64,000 bases of DNA from Cirrosporium novae-zelandiae (lineage: Eukaryota). Of this stretch, positions 24,197 to 37,304 are shown in pieces (position 1 is the stretch's first letter; every line of letters begins with the position of its first letter). The stretch covers positions 124,001 to 188,000 of the forward strand of contig JAPETS010000008.1 of assembly GCA_026023565.1 (NCBI GenBank). The letters run 5' to 3'. A program made the position numbers and the translations under genes. Under the pieces are notes generated by a model. It was not told the DNA's origin. It did no database searches and saw nothing but the letters and a program-made list of their open reading frames with translations.

Positions 24197-25016
24197 TGCG
24201 CGGGGAGTATCTAGCCTAATAGTTATATGAAGTATGAAATAAAATATCAGGAAGAACGAAAATAGAGCTATGAGGTGAGATAATAAAAGAACGCTCTGGC
24301 AAGCCCAAATGAATCTGAGGGCGAGCCATTGAAATACTTATTCACGTTTAACGGAAAAGGATGGCGGAGGATACAGTAGATACCAATCAACCAATTAACC
24401 AATTAACCAAGTTTCCAACAATCATAAACTACCAAGCAACGCACTAAACACGGGAGTTATGAGACACGACTTGTCGAGCTAGTTAATCATAGTTTCCCAG
24501 GTACGTACTACACATGCACGTGCACCATGAACATGAAAACAAGCCTTACCTCGTTTCAAAACCTCAGGCTCGCTAATAAACCAACTACCACTACTGTAGA
24601 CCCCCCCCAGCTACGATAGGAAGTAAGTAAACAAATAAGCTTAATTAATAATAAAGGCTAAACTTAATTGCCCGACCTATCAAAGTTAGTGGAAAAAGGA
24701 GATGACGAAATGACATTGCTGGTATTACTTGTAAGGGTATCGTGATTCATACTAAACATAGGGGTATGGTTATGCACAGTACATATTTGTGTGTAAATAA
24801 ATTCAGATATAGATGGGTATCCTATCATGTTGAAATAAATAAGTTGTAAGGCTTCGAGGATTTGTTACTTCGTGTTAGATCGTCCATCCATTGCTATGGG
24901 TGTTGTTTTGCTCTCTCAGAATCAGTTAAAGTGGGGGGTCAAGTTTTGTATGTGATAAAAGAGGTGAGGTTTTATTCTCTATCCAAAGGCTTATTTATAT
25001 TATGCATTTAGCGCGT

Positions 25017-25058
25017 GTAAGCGGTCTAGGTCTAACCCGCTTACCGTACCCTAACTAG
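25017..25058 (+). mobile_element. Hairpin followed by CTAG: possible Helitron 3' end or hAT-type subterminal relic
   Basis: GTAAGCGGTCTAG-GT-CTAACCCGCTTAC (13-bp stem, 2 mismatches), a 10-nt spacer, then CTAG|T. Confidence 0.25.
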
Positions 25059-25091
25059 TAATCCGTAACACAGCTTTTATTCAACCACCGG

Positions 25092-28000
25092 TTATTTTCC
25101 ACACCTTTTCTTGTGTTCTTTCCAATCCGCATACTGACATTTTAATGAACAGTAGCGAACATCACGGCACCGGCTACATTTCTGGAGACTTTTACTGTTA
25201 TCCGATTTCTCCGCCCCGCAAGAATTGCATCGATCACCCATGTCTGATTTTATACATCCCTTCAAGTTTACTTGGGAGGTGTCCTTCACATAAGGCACCG
25301 AGAACGATAGCGAGATAGCAGCTCGAACGGCATGCTTCCGGACTCTCTCCCATTCGGGGATGCCAGCTATGAACCCAGCCGGTAAGGTATCTTCCGCACA
25401 GGAACAGATAATATCTCGACCTTCCGCTGTGGATAGAGGTATTTGTGCGTTGGTGTATTCACAGGAGGTGCGGTGTTTCCATTGTCTGCAGCGTTCGATC
25501 CAGGCAGGTATGATTTTTTTCCAGAGTTTTAGCCCATCATCATCGACCTTGATATTATCGATTTGGATCTCGTGTAATCTTTCCAGAAATACATGAAGCT
25601 GTGGCATCAATCGGTGAGTCAAAGGTAAGACGGCTGCGTCAAGCACCACGGTATGGTTTGCCATATCGAGTCGGAGAAAGGAGACAAAAACAAGTATATG
25701 GATGCTACCTTCTGTAACATGGTTGATGCTGAAAACCCGAGAACGTTTGGCGCCCTGTAACCCGGCGAAAGTCGTGAATAAATAGAACAAAGCTTCTTTG
25801 AAGTTGAGTCTGACATCTGGAGAATTGGCATTCGACCTCATTGATTCATCTTTCAGTATTTGCTCCCTGATCGAAAGCACGTAGGTAGCATGAGGGATTA
25901 ACCATTGTAAATCCTCGGGTTTTGTGATATCAAGGATCGGAAGACAATCAAGATTTAGTGAGTGCATGTTCATGACTACCGGATCACCTCCATCTAGGAC
26001 CAAAGGATACATGAATTCTGGATAATTTTCTGCCCTTGCCGGCTGTGCAATGGGAGCCACGATTTCTACATAAGATAACTTTCGGTTGACTCGGACCCTG
26101 GTGCACGAACCCACTACTGGGACAGGAAACTCGACATAGTATCGGTAAGGCTTTTCCCCAATGTTTATAGCAATGACCAAAGGAGATGTCTGATGTATCT
26201 TCGCGAATGCCCCATCGTTGAGAACTATCTTCATGTTATCAGAAAGAAAGTTCACACGGCCCGTCAAAGTTTCTACCCTTATATGGGGAGAATCTACATT
26301 CGCTGTAATGGTTGTGTCAATGGCACTGCTGGGGGATATATTGGGCATCGTAGCTGTATCTGAAAACTTGCATACCGACATGTCTCCGGATTGGTGTGGC
26401 CGATGCTTGGTAATATAAACATTATGTTTATTCATTACCCCCGTTTCGTATACAAGCAGCCTCCTTCCAAGAGCTCTTGCGAATGTAATTGCGTTGTCCG
26501 GTGTTCTTCTGGGGCCAAACGCTACTGTGACATTCTCCGAATCATGCCAAGCTAACTTGCTCGGAGCATAAAATAATGCGATGAGCGACGAAGTTCCCTT
26601 CCAACCGCTAGGGTCTTCTTCAATCTTCAGTTTGAAATTGTCGTCATCTATTTCACCTACGGGCACTATTTCCCCAAATGCCAACTGCACAACCGCAAAT
26701 CCCTGGGTCCAGTCTGACCCTTGTAAAAAGCACTCGACTAGAGGTCTACCCAGTTCAGTTTGTGGAAGTCCAGTAAAAACTTCAAGTTTGGTTCTCGGAA
26801 TCTTTAGAGTGATACACACTATTCCTGGGATGTCTTTCCATGCGCGGATTTCCCTGACGTCTTTATGATCCCAATGAATGACATTCCGCGGTTCACATAA
26901 AGGCACGGCGCATACCTTGAAAATATAGAGTTGAGTATAGAGCTCGCAGGCGTAATGACGAGTAATAATAGAACCATCTGTAACAAGATTGATGAAATTC
27001 TGCATTACTTGTCCCCAGTCTCCAACAGCCTTATGTTGGACAAATGCACAAAATGCAGCCATGCTTCCGCTGTGATACCGCGGAAATGATAGGTTTGGGG
27101 GCTTCGAGATGTCGAAGTCAGCCCAACTATGCATTGGATCCTGAGGATAGAACATATTTAGATAGACCTCATATAGAATATGAGCAAGATCTTTTTCAGG
27201 CCATCGAATGATCTCCCTGGCCTTCGTTGCTGAAGTTGATCTTTTCCAGGCCAATCTACAATTCATTTGTCCGATTTCGTTGACAGTTGGTGTGGCCGTG
27301 GCGTTTGTCCAGTATGCAATAGGAAATAGTTCAAATATCAACGACAGCGTAGCAAAATCGCCGCAAACATGATTATCCACCAACTCCTTGACGTTGCTTT
27401 TGCCTCTAACCAACAACTCCGTGTAGAGAGTTGAGAAAGCATAATTGCTGAGCAGTGGAGAAGCTGCTGTTAAGAGAGTGATTGCCCCAAAGTGATTTGC
27501 AAGGTTGGAAGTATCAATCACATTGAACGAAGACGGGGCACGCCCCGTTGTGGTATAGTCTTCGCTATCGAAAACTAGTGGCTCTAGATGATATGGGTCA
27601 CGATACCAATTTGCGGTGCTACTATCTTCAGTTACTTGATGATGTTGTAATGTGTGACAGAAAGCAATTGCATCCCCAGAGAAAAATCGTACTGTGAAAT
27701 TATGATGAGTCCGCCTTTCGAAAGCAGTACCCCAAGCTTGAAACTGAAACCGTGCAGCTTCTATCACTTTTTGAAGATCAGAGCAATTTCGGGTGGGCGG
27801 ACGCAGAGGCGAATTGGAAGTCAATGGGGCATAAACCGTGGCGAGATGAAATCCAAGAAGCGGGTCGGTCGCATAATGAAGGGTAGATGTATCTGTAACT
27901 AGGGGCGCAAACATTGGATTAGGAGACTCGGCTCGAGATATGCGCTCTTGATCTTGATCCGCGACCCCAAAGTCCCAAAAATTGTTATACAAAAGAGCAA

Positions 28001-28734
28001 GTTCCTCAACTGGTTTAACAGATTCAACGTTGACTGGAGCAGCTGATTTTAGGCCCGTGATCACCATACCAGTGCCAAGGTCAGTAGTCTCCAGACCTAT
28101 AGCTTCCTGAATAGAAGATTCGTAGTGTCGGTGGTAGGCTGTCTTTTCATCTCCCTTCAATTCCGCTATAAGATAAGAATTCCATATAAGTCTAATCTTG
28201 GCAAGGGTCCCTTCATCACAAATCCTAAGGAATCCACCGTATTTGCAGCTATGCCAACTCTGAAGTGAAATTGATAGAGCATGGAGCTTTTCTGCCTGCA
28301 TACACAGGAGTTTGAGCGATGAATCATCGAGAAAAAGACTGTAATAGATATGCCAAATGGATTCGTTGTTAAGACACTCAACATCATCCACAAAAAGCGT
28401 GTATAATAGAATATTTCGAGCTATGGAAAAGTTAGTTATAATTTTGAAGGCGTAGATAAGCAAACCAAGCATTGCAGGTTCGATATCACAACAAGTGATA
28501 TCAATTTGGCGGACAGCTACTCGTCAATCAGCGGTAATTTTTATTAATCGTGCGTATTGTTGAGAGATTACCATCACAGTAAGCTGTGAAGAGAATGTGA
28601 CGAGCATCACCACATCCGAGAAGCAATATATCGGCTTTCTGGTCTTGTGGAAGGTCTTGAGTTAAGCACACAGCAGGCGTATTTCCAAGAGGGTAGAAGA
28701 AAGAAACAAGATTGAGAACTACTGGAGTAAGCAT
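25092..28734 (-). CDS. DUF4470-type / MYND zinc-finger protein, 3 exons: 28572-28734, 28466-28516, 25092-28420
   Basis: N-term FFYPLGNTPAVCLTQDLP...DILLLGCGDARHILFT and ITCCDIEPAML-ARNILL; FNVIDTSNL; ERCRQWKH...CEY; C-terminal MYND finger CNSC...CSRC...YCSLKCQYADWKEHKKRC. Introns 28517-28571 and 28421-28465. Confidence 0.9.
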
Positions 28735-29133
28735 GTTCGGAGCCTAGTACATATGATCTTGAAAAGCTGTTGAAATGGCTATGTTAAGCTCCAGCGAAAA
28801 GGATTTTAGAGAGAGGGAGGTGTAAAATGTGGAAGGATCTTAAGAATAAATAGCTGGATGGTCTTGCAACACTGATCAAGCTGGCAAACTGGGGTAGAGG
28901 AGAAATGCATGTCGTTAGCCATGTGTGGTTGTGTCGCGGCTACCAGTACTGTTAATATTGTGAAAGGGTTGCGCTTTCGAGTATTAGCTACCTACGTAGA
29001 TACGTAGGTAGGCACGTAGGCCCCTAGGTAGTTATCAAGAATCCTGAAGCTGCAACGACGAATATATCCTAGGCACCAAGCAATCACTCAAAACACAAAC
29101 AAAATATCATATTCGCCTAGCGTTATGCATCAC

Positions 29134-29256
29134 CAGTGAAGGGAATGGACCAGACCAAGTAGACGGTCTGGCCCCGACCGACCAGACCGGCCAGACCGAG
29201 CTTTTTCATAGACCGACCAGACCTTGACTGGCCAAAGTCTAAGTCGGTCTATCACG
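29134..29256 (+). mobile_element. Probable DNA-transposon (hAT-like) terminal/subterminal relic
   Basis: Starts CAGTG and is followed by about nine GACC and two inverted GGTC motifs in about 100 bp. GACCGACCAGACC occurs twice (29176-29188, 29211-29223). No transposase or matching second end seen. Confidence 0.35.
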
Positions 29257-29356
29257 TGTGTGTGTATATATATATAGTATATATACCAAGGTATTTAGGA
29301 TATTACTGAAGTAGATACTTGGTATATTTTTTATTTGGTATAGATTAGTCATTATA

Positions 29357-29386
29357 TTATCTCCACGTGATATCACATGGAGATAA
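29357..29386. repeat. 30-bp near-perfect palindrome
   Basis: TTATCTCCACGTGAT|ATCACATGGAGATAA, one mismatch, no spacer. Confidence 0.9.
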
Positions 29387-29553
29387 GATATAGTGTTGTG
29401 ATAATTACCCCTGAACAGTATAAAACAAAACCCAATATCCTCATTACACCAACGTATTCAGACATTCCCTCTGCGATTACATATCCATTCCACTCTTCCA
29501 TGTTCTCCATCCATCATATCCTATATTTCTCATCTTCCCTTTCGTCTACTGCC

Positions 29554-30957
29554 CTAGGCCACTCTCTTTCTTGTACTCTGAAGATTGGGCCTATTTTTCT
29601 TAAATCTTCTTCTCAGGGGAACTGGATTGAATTGGAGGGTGGGAGTGTTGGAAGGGGAAGGGAGGTGTATCTTGGTCGGAGGGGCTTGAAGATTGACCTG
29701 TATCCATCGATGTATCTTGACCTCAACCACTTGAATTTCCCCAATTGCTTGAATTTCATGAATTAATAAAATAGCTCCAACGGTTTGGATCGCTATAATT
29801 AGGGACCTTGCCGCAGGGGCGTTAAACATCCCCACTAAAAAAGCCCTTACCTCTCTCTACATTCACTTTGATTCTTCTCAAATCTCTGCTTCTGACTAGC
29901 AGGGCACCATTTATTAGGAATGTCACACCAATCAAACTGCTTTTCACTATTGGTAGCCGAAGTCTGAAGGGCCCATATTTGTCTTCTGATATTTCTTTTC
30001 ATCATTCCTCGGAGAAGGCTTTCCTTATGTTGAAATCTTCTACGTATTGTACGGTTTATATTGTCGGGAATTTTCGCATGAATGCGTGAGGAGGATGAGC
30101 GGATGGGAGTGGGAGTGACACAGGTGTCAGAACTTTTCTTACTAGATATGTGAAACGGTCGCGTGTAGCTGGCTTTGGCTCCTATCCTTTTGGCGCATGC
30201 GTGCTTTAGTTCCCTTTGAAGCAATCTCTTATCTCTTTTGAGGTCTTGGGGTGTTTCTAAGGTGGTTTTGATTGTCTGGGAAGTCTGTCTAGTGAAGTCG
30301 GCGTGATCCAAGGTCGAGTAGGAGTGGTGACTTGTTTTTGTATCAAGATTTTTTTCTTGAACTCCAGTGTAGCATTTGATTAAAGGGATTTGATCTGTTA
30401 TAGCATAGGATATCCTAGACGGTTCGATGGTATGTTGACTTTGACCTTGAAAAACTTTATCTGATGTGGAGAGAGAAGCACAGGTCAAAAAAGCATAAGT
30501 ATTTTCTGTATTGCAGTTCCTCTTATTATCATCCAATATGACTTCATTGGGGGTTGTGGCTCTTTGCTTTCTCTTAGTTCCAGCGGAGGAAAATATCCTA
30601 GAAGCCATAGCTTAGAGCTAGACACCCAAGTTTACGGTAAGAGGAGTATAAAGGACGGCTAGTTCAGTGAGAAGTATTTCGAGAAAGAGCGTTACCATCG
30701 CTTTCCATAGCTAGAGAAGGCATTGTAATATGAGATGTAACGTTATGATCCGACAGGAAGGTATTATTTTGAAAATAGCTAGAAGCTTGTGAATGAGGTC
30801 TAACTTCAACTAAAGATAGGTGGCATGGGAGAGGGGTTGTGCTAGTATCCGCTTGATCGTTACATGTCCGTTTGAATGTACGGGAATCATCATGACGCTT
30901 TTGCGAAGAGGTTTCATCTAGCAAAGAAATGTCTAGCCCAATACCCATAGGAAGCAT
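29554..30957 (-). other. Uncertain orphan gene or pseudogene (ORFs 30664-30957, 29847-30608 and a possible last exon to 29554)
   Basis: A 253-aa basic S/T/R/K-rich ORF ends at a GTAAGG donor-like site (29850). The upstream ORF is out of frame with it. No recognisable domain. Confidence 0.3.
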
Positions 30958-31499
30958 TATCCTAAAAAAGGTCAGAGAGTTTATCGGGGTTTTAAGGTCG
31001 GTCAGAAGGACTCATTATCTTCATTGGGGGGGGGGGGGGTTGGACTTCTTCTAGTTAATATGGCTTTAAAGCGGTCTCAGTCACTTCCACGGTCCAAAAT
31101 TGTTTGAAAGCTAATCATAAGGTTTATTGACGTGAAAAGTAAGAATAAAAGCTCTACCTATATGTTTACAAAAGGCATCTAGAACCTGCTCTAGCATTAA
31201 AGATAGATCGAATCCGCGATAAATAGAGAAGGCCATTTGGCCAATCCTAGAATTATTGTTCATTAATTAGTACGCCCGAGCGACGTTGATTTAGCCTTTG
31301 TTCCAGTTGGCCCGTGCTTATTTAGCCTTCCACCAAACAATGCAAGGGCGCACAGTGTCAACTACTCGAGTACATTACCTATCTAGGTAGGTACTTGCAT
31401 AATTGTTGAATCCTATTCACATGCATTACAATAGATTCTCGAGGTTAATTTTCTTGTCACCGAAAATATTGTGTCTGATGCTATAAATAAGTTCTGCTA

Positions 31500-31862
31500 G
31501 AAAGTGAAAAGTTATCGTGTAAACCAGTATGATTCCTTTAGTTCTTTCGCAAACATTCCTTACACGAAATGTTTGCCATTATCTAAAAAGACTACGCCAG
31601 GCCATCCGAATACCGCCACTATTTGCTTCACAGAGTGCCAATCATTTACTGAAGTTGCGGATGGTAATCTTTTAGCCCAAATAAATTTTGAGAAGTAATC
31701 TACAGCGATCACTATGGACCTTACTCCCGATTTTGCGATTGGTAGGAATGGCCCAATATAGTCAATACCCAACAAACTCATAGATTATAATATAAGAATC
31801 GGAAGTAGTCCCTTCATTGGTCTTCATGGCCCTAGTAGTTGACAGTTTGCGCATCTCCTACA
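31500..31862 (-). mobile_element. Ty3/gypsy LTR-retrotransposon integrase fragment (degenerate)
   Basis: Reads CRRCANCQLLGP*RPMKGLLPILIL*SMSLLGIDYIGPFLPIAKSGVRSIVIAVDYFSKFIWAK...FGWPGVVFLDNGKHFV*. This is the CxxC of the integrase zinc finger plus the first two catalytic Asp motifs of the rve core, with in-frame stops. Confidence 0.9.
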
Positions 31863-32642
31863 ACGTAACCGCTGTCTCGCGATAGAAAATGACCCCGACA
31901 TCCTCCCTTAGAGCTGGATCCCAATTACCGGTATGAAAAAATGAACTCGAAGCCTCTAGGACTGTCTCTGTTCCAATGATCGAAGCCACCAATGCTGCAA
32001 TGAGAGCCCTGGCTTGGGACCCAACTGGGAAAAGGGCATAAACCCTCCCGGCCTGACGATATGTGCACGACCACTGTGAGGTGATTAACTTCTCAACACT
32101 GGCAATGGCCGAGGCTCGTGCCTGTGGTATGTCTAGAAATTGAATCACCTCAAGAAGGTCAAGTGCCATGTCTAATGTGGTGGAGGTCGGGACAGGGCAT
32201 TCCCCACATCCGTTACCACATTTGCTTATCCAACGGAAGATAGCTCTATAGGCATCCTTCGACCCGCCGATCAATGTGCAGGTCGAAGAGGTACTTCCAA
32301 GATAAGCTGAAAGGGAACCGGAGGTTGGTTTCCAAGCTTTCTCAAGACGACCACAGAAGTGAGCAACTAGTGGGAGGGACAAGTCGTTGATGAAAAGGTG
32401 CTTGGTCACGAATTCGCCTGCGGGAGGCTTGGGAACAGCTGAATAGAAGATACAAACTTTCTTGGGTGCTTGCTTAAGTCTATGAAAGATGATTAGGCAC
32501 GCTACCTCTGTGGGTAGGGTATTTGATAGGGATACCTTTGAAGTTCGAGGAGTGTTACTAGTTGAATCTCTTTCGAAGAACGAATCCCAGAGAACTTGAA
32601 GGGCGAGAGCGACTCTATGAGCTCGAGAGCAGTTGACTCCAT
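31858..32642 (-). CDS. Hypothetical protein, possibly a divergent BTB/POZ-like fold; 2 exons: 32536-32642, 31858-32479
   Basis: ATG at 32642. Intron 32480-32535 (GTATCC...CCTAAT...TAG) joins in frame to the 183-aa ORF. The pattern AYRAIFRWI...LEVIQFLDIP...RVYALFPVGSQARALIA resembles fungal BTB-like proteins. Confidence 0.6.
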
Positions 32643-35600
32643 TTCGTTAATGTGTTGTGAAGAGTTAAGGTTTTGCGAAGAGTATTTATCCCGTTAAATA
32701 AGAGGGGAAGGTCCGTTTAAATAAGAGTCTCCTAGGAGTTCTTAGTGAGAGCAAGTGTAGGAAGAAAAATTAGATGAGTATGGAGAGAGAAAGGGCACGG
32801 TTTAAATCCCCGGAAGGAATGAAGGAATTCACTTTATGAGCTCTGAGTCGCTACAGTAACTAGACCACTGCGCTTCCAGTGAATACACATACACACACAT
32901 ATATATTTAGAATTAACCATTTAGAGATATAGTCTCGGCTTTAAGCTTTGGATATATATATTTATGTAGACGGGCTGAAATATTTCAGCTGCTGTCCTTC
33001 AAAATGACATTTTAACTAGTTAAACACCTCTTCACGTAGAATGTTTCTGATATTATATCATAAGGTTTGACAAATTTTTATCGTTTAGTTCCCCGTGCAT
33101 CGTTAGCTCGACAGAGCATCCCTCCCCCAATGTAAGGACGAGACAACTAAAGCCGTGCCAATATAATACTAGGACGGTGGTCTAGGTATACCAGGCACCA
33201 GTATTTTATTTTCTGCGAAGCACCTGTAGGGGGAATGGTCTCAGGTTCCTGGCTTACACGCAAAGGTTCAGGAACAGGAGGGGCAGGAGGGGCAGCCTAA
33301 GAAGAAAACAAGGCACTAAGCTCTTCCCCACAGCCCCTTCCCGCCCAGATCATGAGGCGCAATTTTGTTTTTGTTTTTGAGCAGACGCATATCGATGTTC
33401 TGGTTACATGTAAGTATAGCTCCACGCGCTCGTTCTCGATTTAATTGACCCTTTCGTTAATATCCGTCGAAAGGGGGGCACAAGGGAAAGCTTCTGTATG
33501 CAATTTTTTGTTTAATTTTCTTTGTTCTTCCTTTCGGTGTAGGTTTTTTCCAATTTCGTAATTGCCCTTAGAGTCGATGATTTCAGTGTCGATATCAATT
33601 GATGGGTTGTGCTCCCTCAGCCCTCTTAAGTGTATCTGCCCATATTGAGATGAATTACTTGCTGCCCTTGACCTTTGCTCACCGGGATTCTTATTGACCC
33701 CTGGTTCCCATTCTCCGTTTACTCTCTGTCCTTAAGACTCGCTCGAGAATTCTATTATTTGCTTTCTTCATCGAATACCTGCCTTGGTGACTGACAATAT
33801 ATTCCTCCCATTTTCTAAATTGGCCAACTAGCATTCATCCAGAAATAAATTGCTTCATAGAAACGAAAAGATTAATAACCTAAAAAGAAAACCTTATTGT
33901 AAGTTGTTATGGTTCCTATTCCCTGTGTGAGTCATTTAGAGCATTGATCAAAATGAATACGGAATTGAATGAAGTCTATAGTGTCATGCATCGTTGAATA
34001 TATATTTGACGTTTTGGTCTCTGACGAAAGTATTATTGTTGGTTATCTCTGTTGTAATTGAGCAATCTCAAGTGCAAACATCTCTGCTTGTTTGAATTGA
34101 ATGGGTGATTTCCTTTCATGGTTCTCTCTGGGTATAGTTCATATGATAGAATATGATTCTTCTTAAAATCTCTAGAATCTCTTGCCGTTCCACTCTATAT
34201 AGACTTGTGTCTAAAGAGCCAAATTCAAGAGACCTTAGCATTTTCACGTCTCCTAATAAATTTATGAGTGTAGGCAACTGAGGAATAGACGAATGAGTAA
34301 CATTACCAAAGAATCCATGACATACCATCATCACTGGCCGGACGGATCCGAGAGCATTGTCGTCTGGATTAAAGGGTTCACCTAGCCCGAGGTATTTTGC
34401 ACCGAGTCTAGACCTCCACGGTAAGGACGGTTCATTTCGGTTCTGGTTCTCCCCATAGCTACCGCACGACAATGTTAACTAGTGTACAGATAAAGAAGAC
34501 AGATCAATGAGAAATGTGAGCAAACGATAAACTTCAGGTTAAGTAGATCTCGCCCATACAGGCATAGAACTAAAGTCCCCTGAAGATGTAATATTTCCAT
34601 CAAAAGGGGATTAACTATGTGGCCAATATTTTTTCCTGGGAGTCTACTACGGCTAGGCTCTTTCCTGAAACTCCCTGTCGCTATTCTTTATCATTTCCGG
34701 GTCTTCTTCGACAAAAAGATCATCTCATCCTGGTATCTAATATTGATTGATATGTTGAGTTTGCGAACCGGCTTGGCTACCCAGCACCAAGAGTATATGT
34801 TTCTTTCGAAAAGTATACGAGGGTATATTCATAAGATGAATTGAATTAATTCACGGAAGGACTTCCTAGAGGAGCAAGATAGTGGACATACGTCTGACAA
34901 TTCATGGTGAGAGTCTTCTACCTTGTTGACATAGGCTTAGATATGGTCGTTATGCGTCGGTGCAAAGAAGCGTTATTGTAAGATAACCTGTTGGGTATTG
35001 AAGTCTTGTGTTAGGAAAATTATAGAACCCCCTAAAATCTCGTGTCGTGGAGGACAATAGTCTCTACATTTTGGATAAGAAAGACAGCACATTATAGTAC
35101 CGTGATATGGTGTAGGTACTAATATATAGATCCGGAATTAGTGTAATGGGGACACACATTAGATGCAAAACAAATTAGAAATCGGTGCGACTAAGGAAGA
35201 CTTCGGCCGCTTTATCGCTCATTTCACGCAGAGAATGTTAGAAAGCTAAGGATTGCCTTTTGGCTTGTTGCTGGGGACAGATTTAACTTCCATGATGGGC
35301 TCGGACCTCGAACCATTTTTCTCCCAATACCCAAATAAGTTTGATCATTGGTGTTCTGCTTCTTCGTGTGAAAACTAGAAATAGAGAAAGCTGACTAGGT
35401 ATCGATCCCTGATTAATTTTCTAATAAACACCCGTGTTGGTATACCTCCCCTCAATGGCTGCCTCGATATACGAGGACTGAGACCTCATGCAAGGGTTTG
35501 TTCCATCCTCACAAACCCTATAATAGCGATGAGCCGTTGTACGGACAGTCGGGTAATGTCAGGCGAGTACTATTTGTACTTGTAAAGTTCCGGAAAGCTT

Positions 35601-37304
35601 CACTAATTCCAAAACCACTTTCCTAAATAAATAACCTTCTTTTATATAAACCTTGACCATATTTTGTCAATATTTTTATCCTTAGAGGAGGTCTTGGCTG
35701 CCTTGGCGTGCCGGAAAAACATAGGCAAGCCCGATATCCTCAGCTATCACACACCCAAACTACCTCCAGTCCTTGAACCCATTGGTAGTATACAGCCAAA
35801 GATCCCGAAAAACATCATGAAAGGTTCAGCTTCTAATATTTGGGATTATCGAATGAAGAAACTTCAGGTTTACAAAAGAAGAACGTTATTGCCAATAATA
35901 CAAAAATACTTAATCAAATTTAAAGAAAAATTAAAAAAAAAAACATGTTGGCTGGCATAATATAAGGACTGCCAATCTTGATTATTTTTATCAAACAGCA
36001 AAAGCTCGGAAGACATCTCCAATCAAGATCGAGCCTATCTAGCCCAAAAGGGGAGATGATAGTTATCTGTAAAGACCCAGCCATCATGCCATAACAAGAG
36101 CCTGATGCTCTTTCTCAATCTTCAAGCTCGTGGGTCCATAGAAGATAGCTAGATGGACCTCAAAATTCGGCAAAAGCACTAGGAAGAGGTGTAGATCTAG
36201 ATATATAAGTTGCTTCCTATGACTATAAAAGATAGAAATATTTATCTGGTAATTTTGATGTGGGCTCGTATAAGCTTCTCCTCTGATTTCACTATATCGA
36301 GTTCACGGTCTGTTATATCTTCTCATGTCTCCCTGCTATCGTTCAGTTGTACCTCTGAACTCATACCTGCAGAAGAGGTCAAGGAGTCTAGATTTAGTGC
36401 GTCTTGAGGCAAAAATGATTGTATATACTCCAATATTAAGCAGTATAGTTATGTATGGGAGAAACGAAGTGTTGTGGGTCAGATTAAGTGTAGCTATAGA
36501 TTTGTAGAGGGACAGGTAACAGTTAATTATATATACCCCGCAAGAAAGCCTGTGCTTAAGACTAGTCCTAATAGGGTAACTACAAACAACAAAAAAAGGC
36601 AACCACACTAGTTCCGTAACATGAAAAAAGGATTATTGGGCGATGGATTCGAGAAAAGAAAATATCAATCAAGGTGAGGAGGGGGATCATACTTATGCTA
36701 GTGGTCACCGCTCTTTCTTTTCCTTCACGTACTTCACTTCCTGATTCTATACGCTAGTTCTTAGTGACGCGACATTATTTTTCTTGCATATAGATTCACT
36801 TCTGAGAATGCTAACCTATATCAAAAATTTATATCATTTGGAGAGATGACGCAAATACCTTAAAGAGAGAATATAAAAGAACTGGTTAATGAAAATCCCA
36901 TATTTTCTCTGCGGTGGTGAATATTATAGAAATGATAGTTTGTTGGAAGGGGGAACACAGTACAAGGGAGTGGTGAAGAGGTGTTTGTTCTGGCCATGTT
37001 ATAAAATCGAAAGAAAGCAATGTTTGTTAATTGTAATGATATATTTTGACTGGTTTGTTGGTCATTGTTTAGCTGCTCATATCTTAAATGGTGTATAATT
37101 GTCAACAATGAAGTGTGAGAAGGAAATTTGACGATATGCGAATCCACTTCAATACTCAACTGCCTTTGTAGCCACACCATTTGGCCTGTGTACTCACCTA
37201 GATATATTCGCCACCCATATATTAATCAACTTTCCATGCGAAGTATTCTCTTTATTAGCAATAAGCTCATAATGTAACCAATAATACCGCTAGAGGAAAG
37301 GTGG

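Noticed and set aside
28988..29011. Palindrome CTACCTACGTA-GA-TACGTAGGTAG (similar ones near 31376 and 57476)
   Set aside because: TACC/GGTA low-complexity palindromes are common in fungal intergenic DNA, and no specific function is supportable.
33300..36650. Protein-coding genes in the short ORFs (34116-34472, 35664-35960, 36336-36608 and others)
   Set aside because: Frames are broken by frequent stops and no family motif could be recognised. They are probably relics but cannot be assigned.
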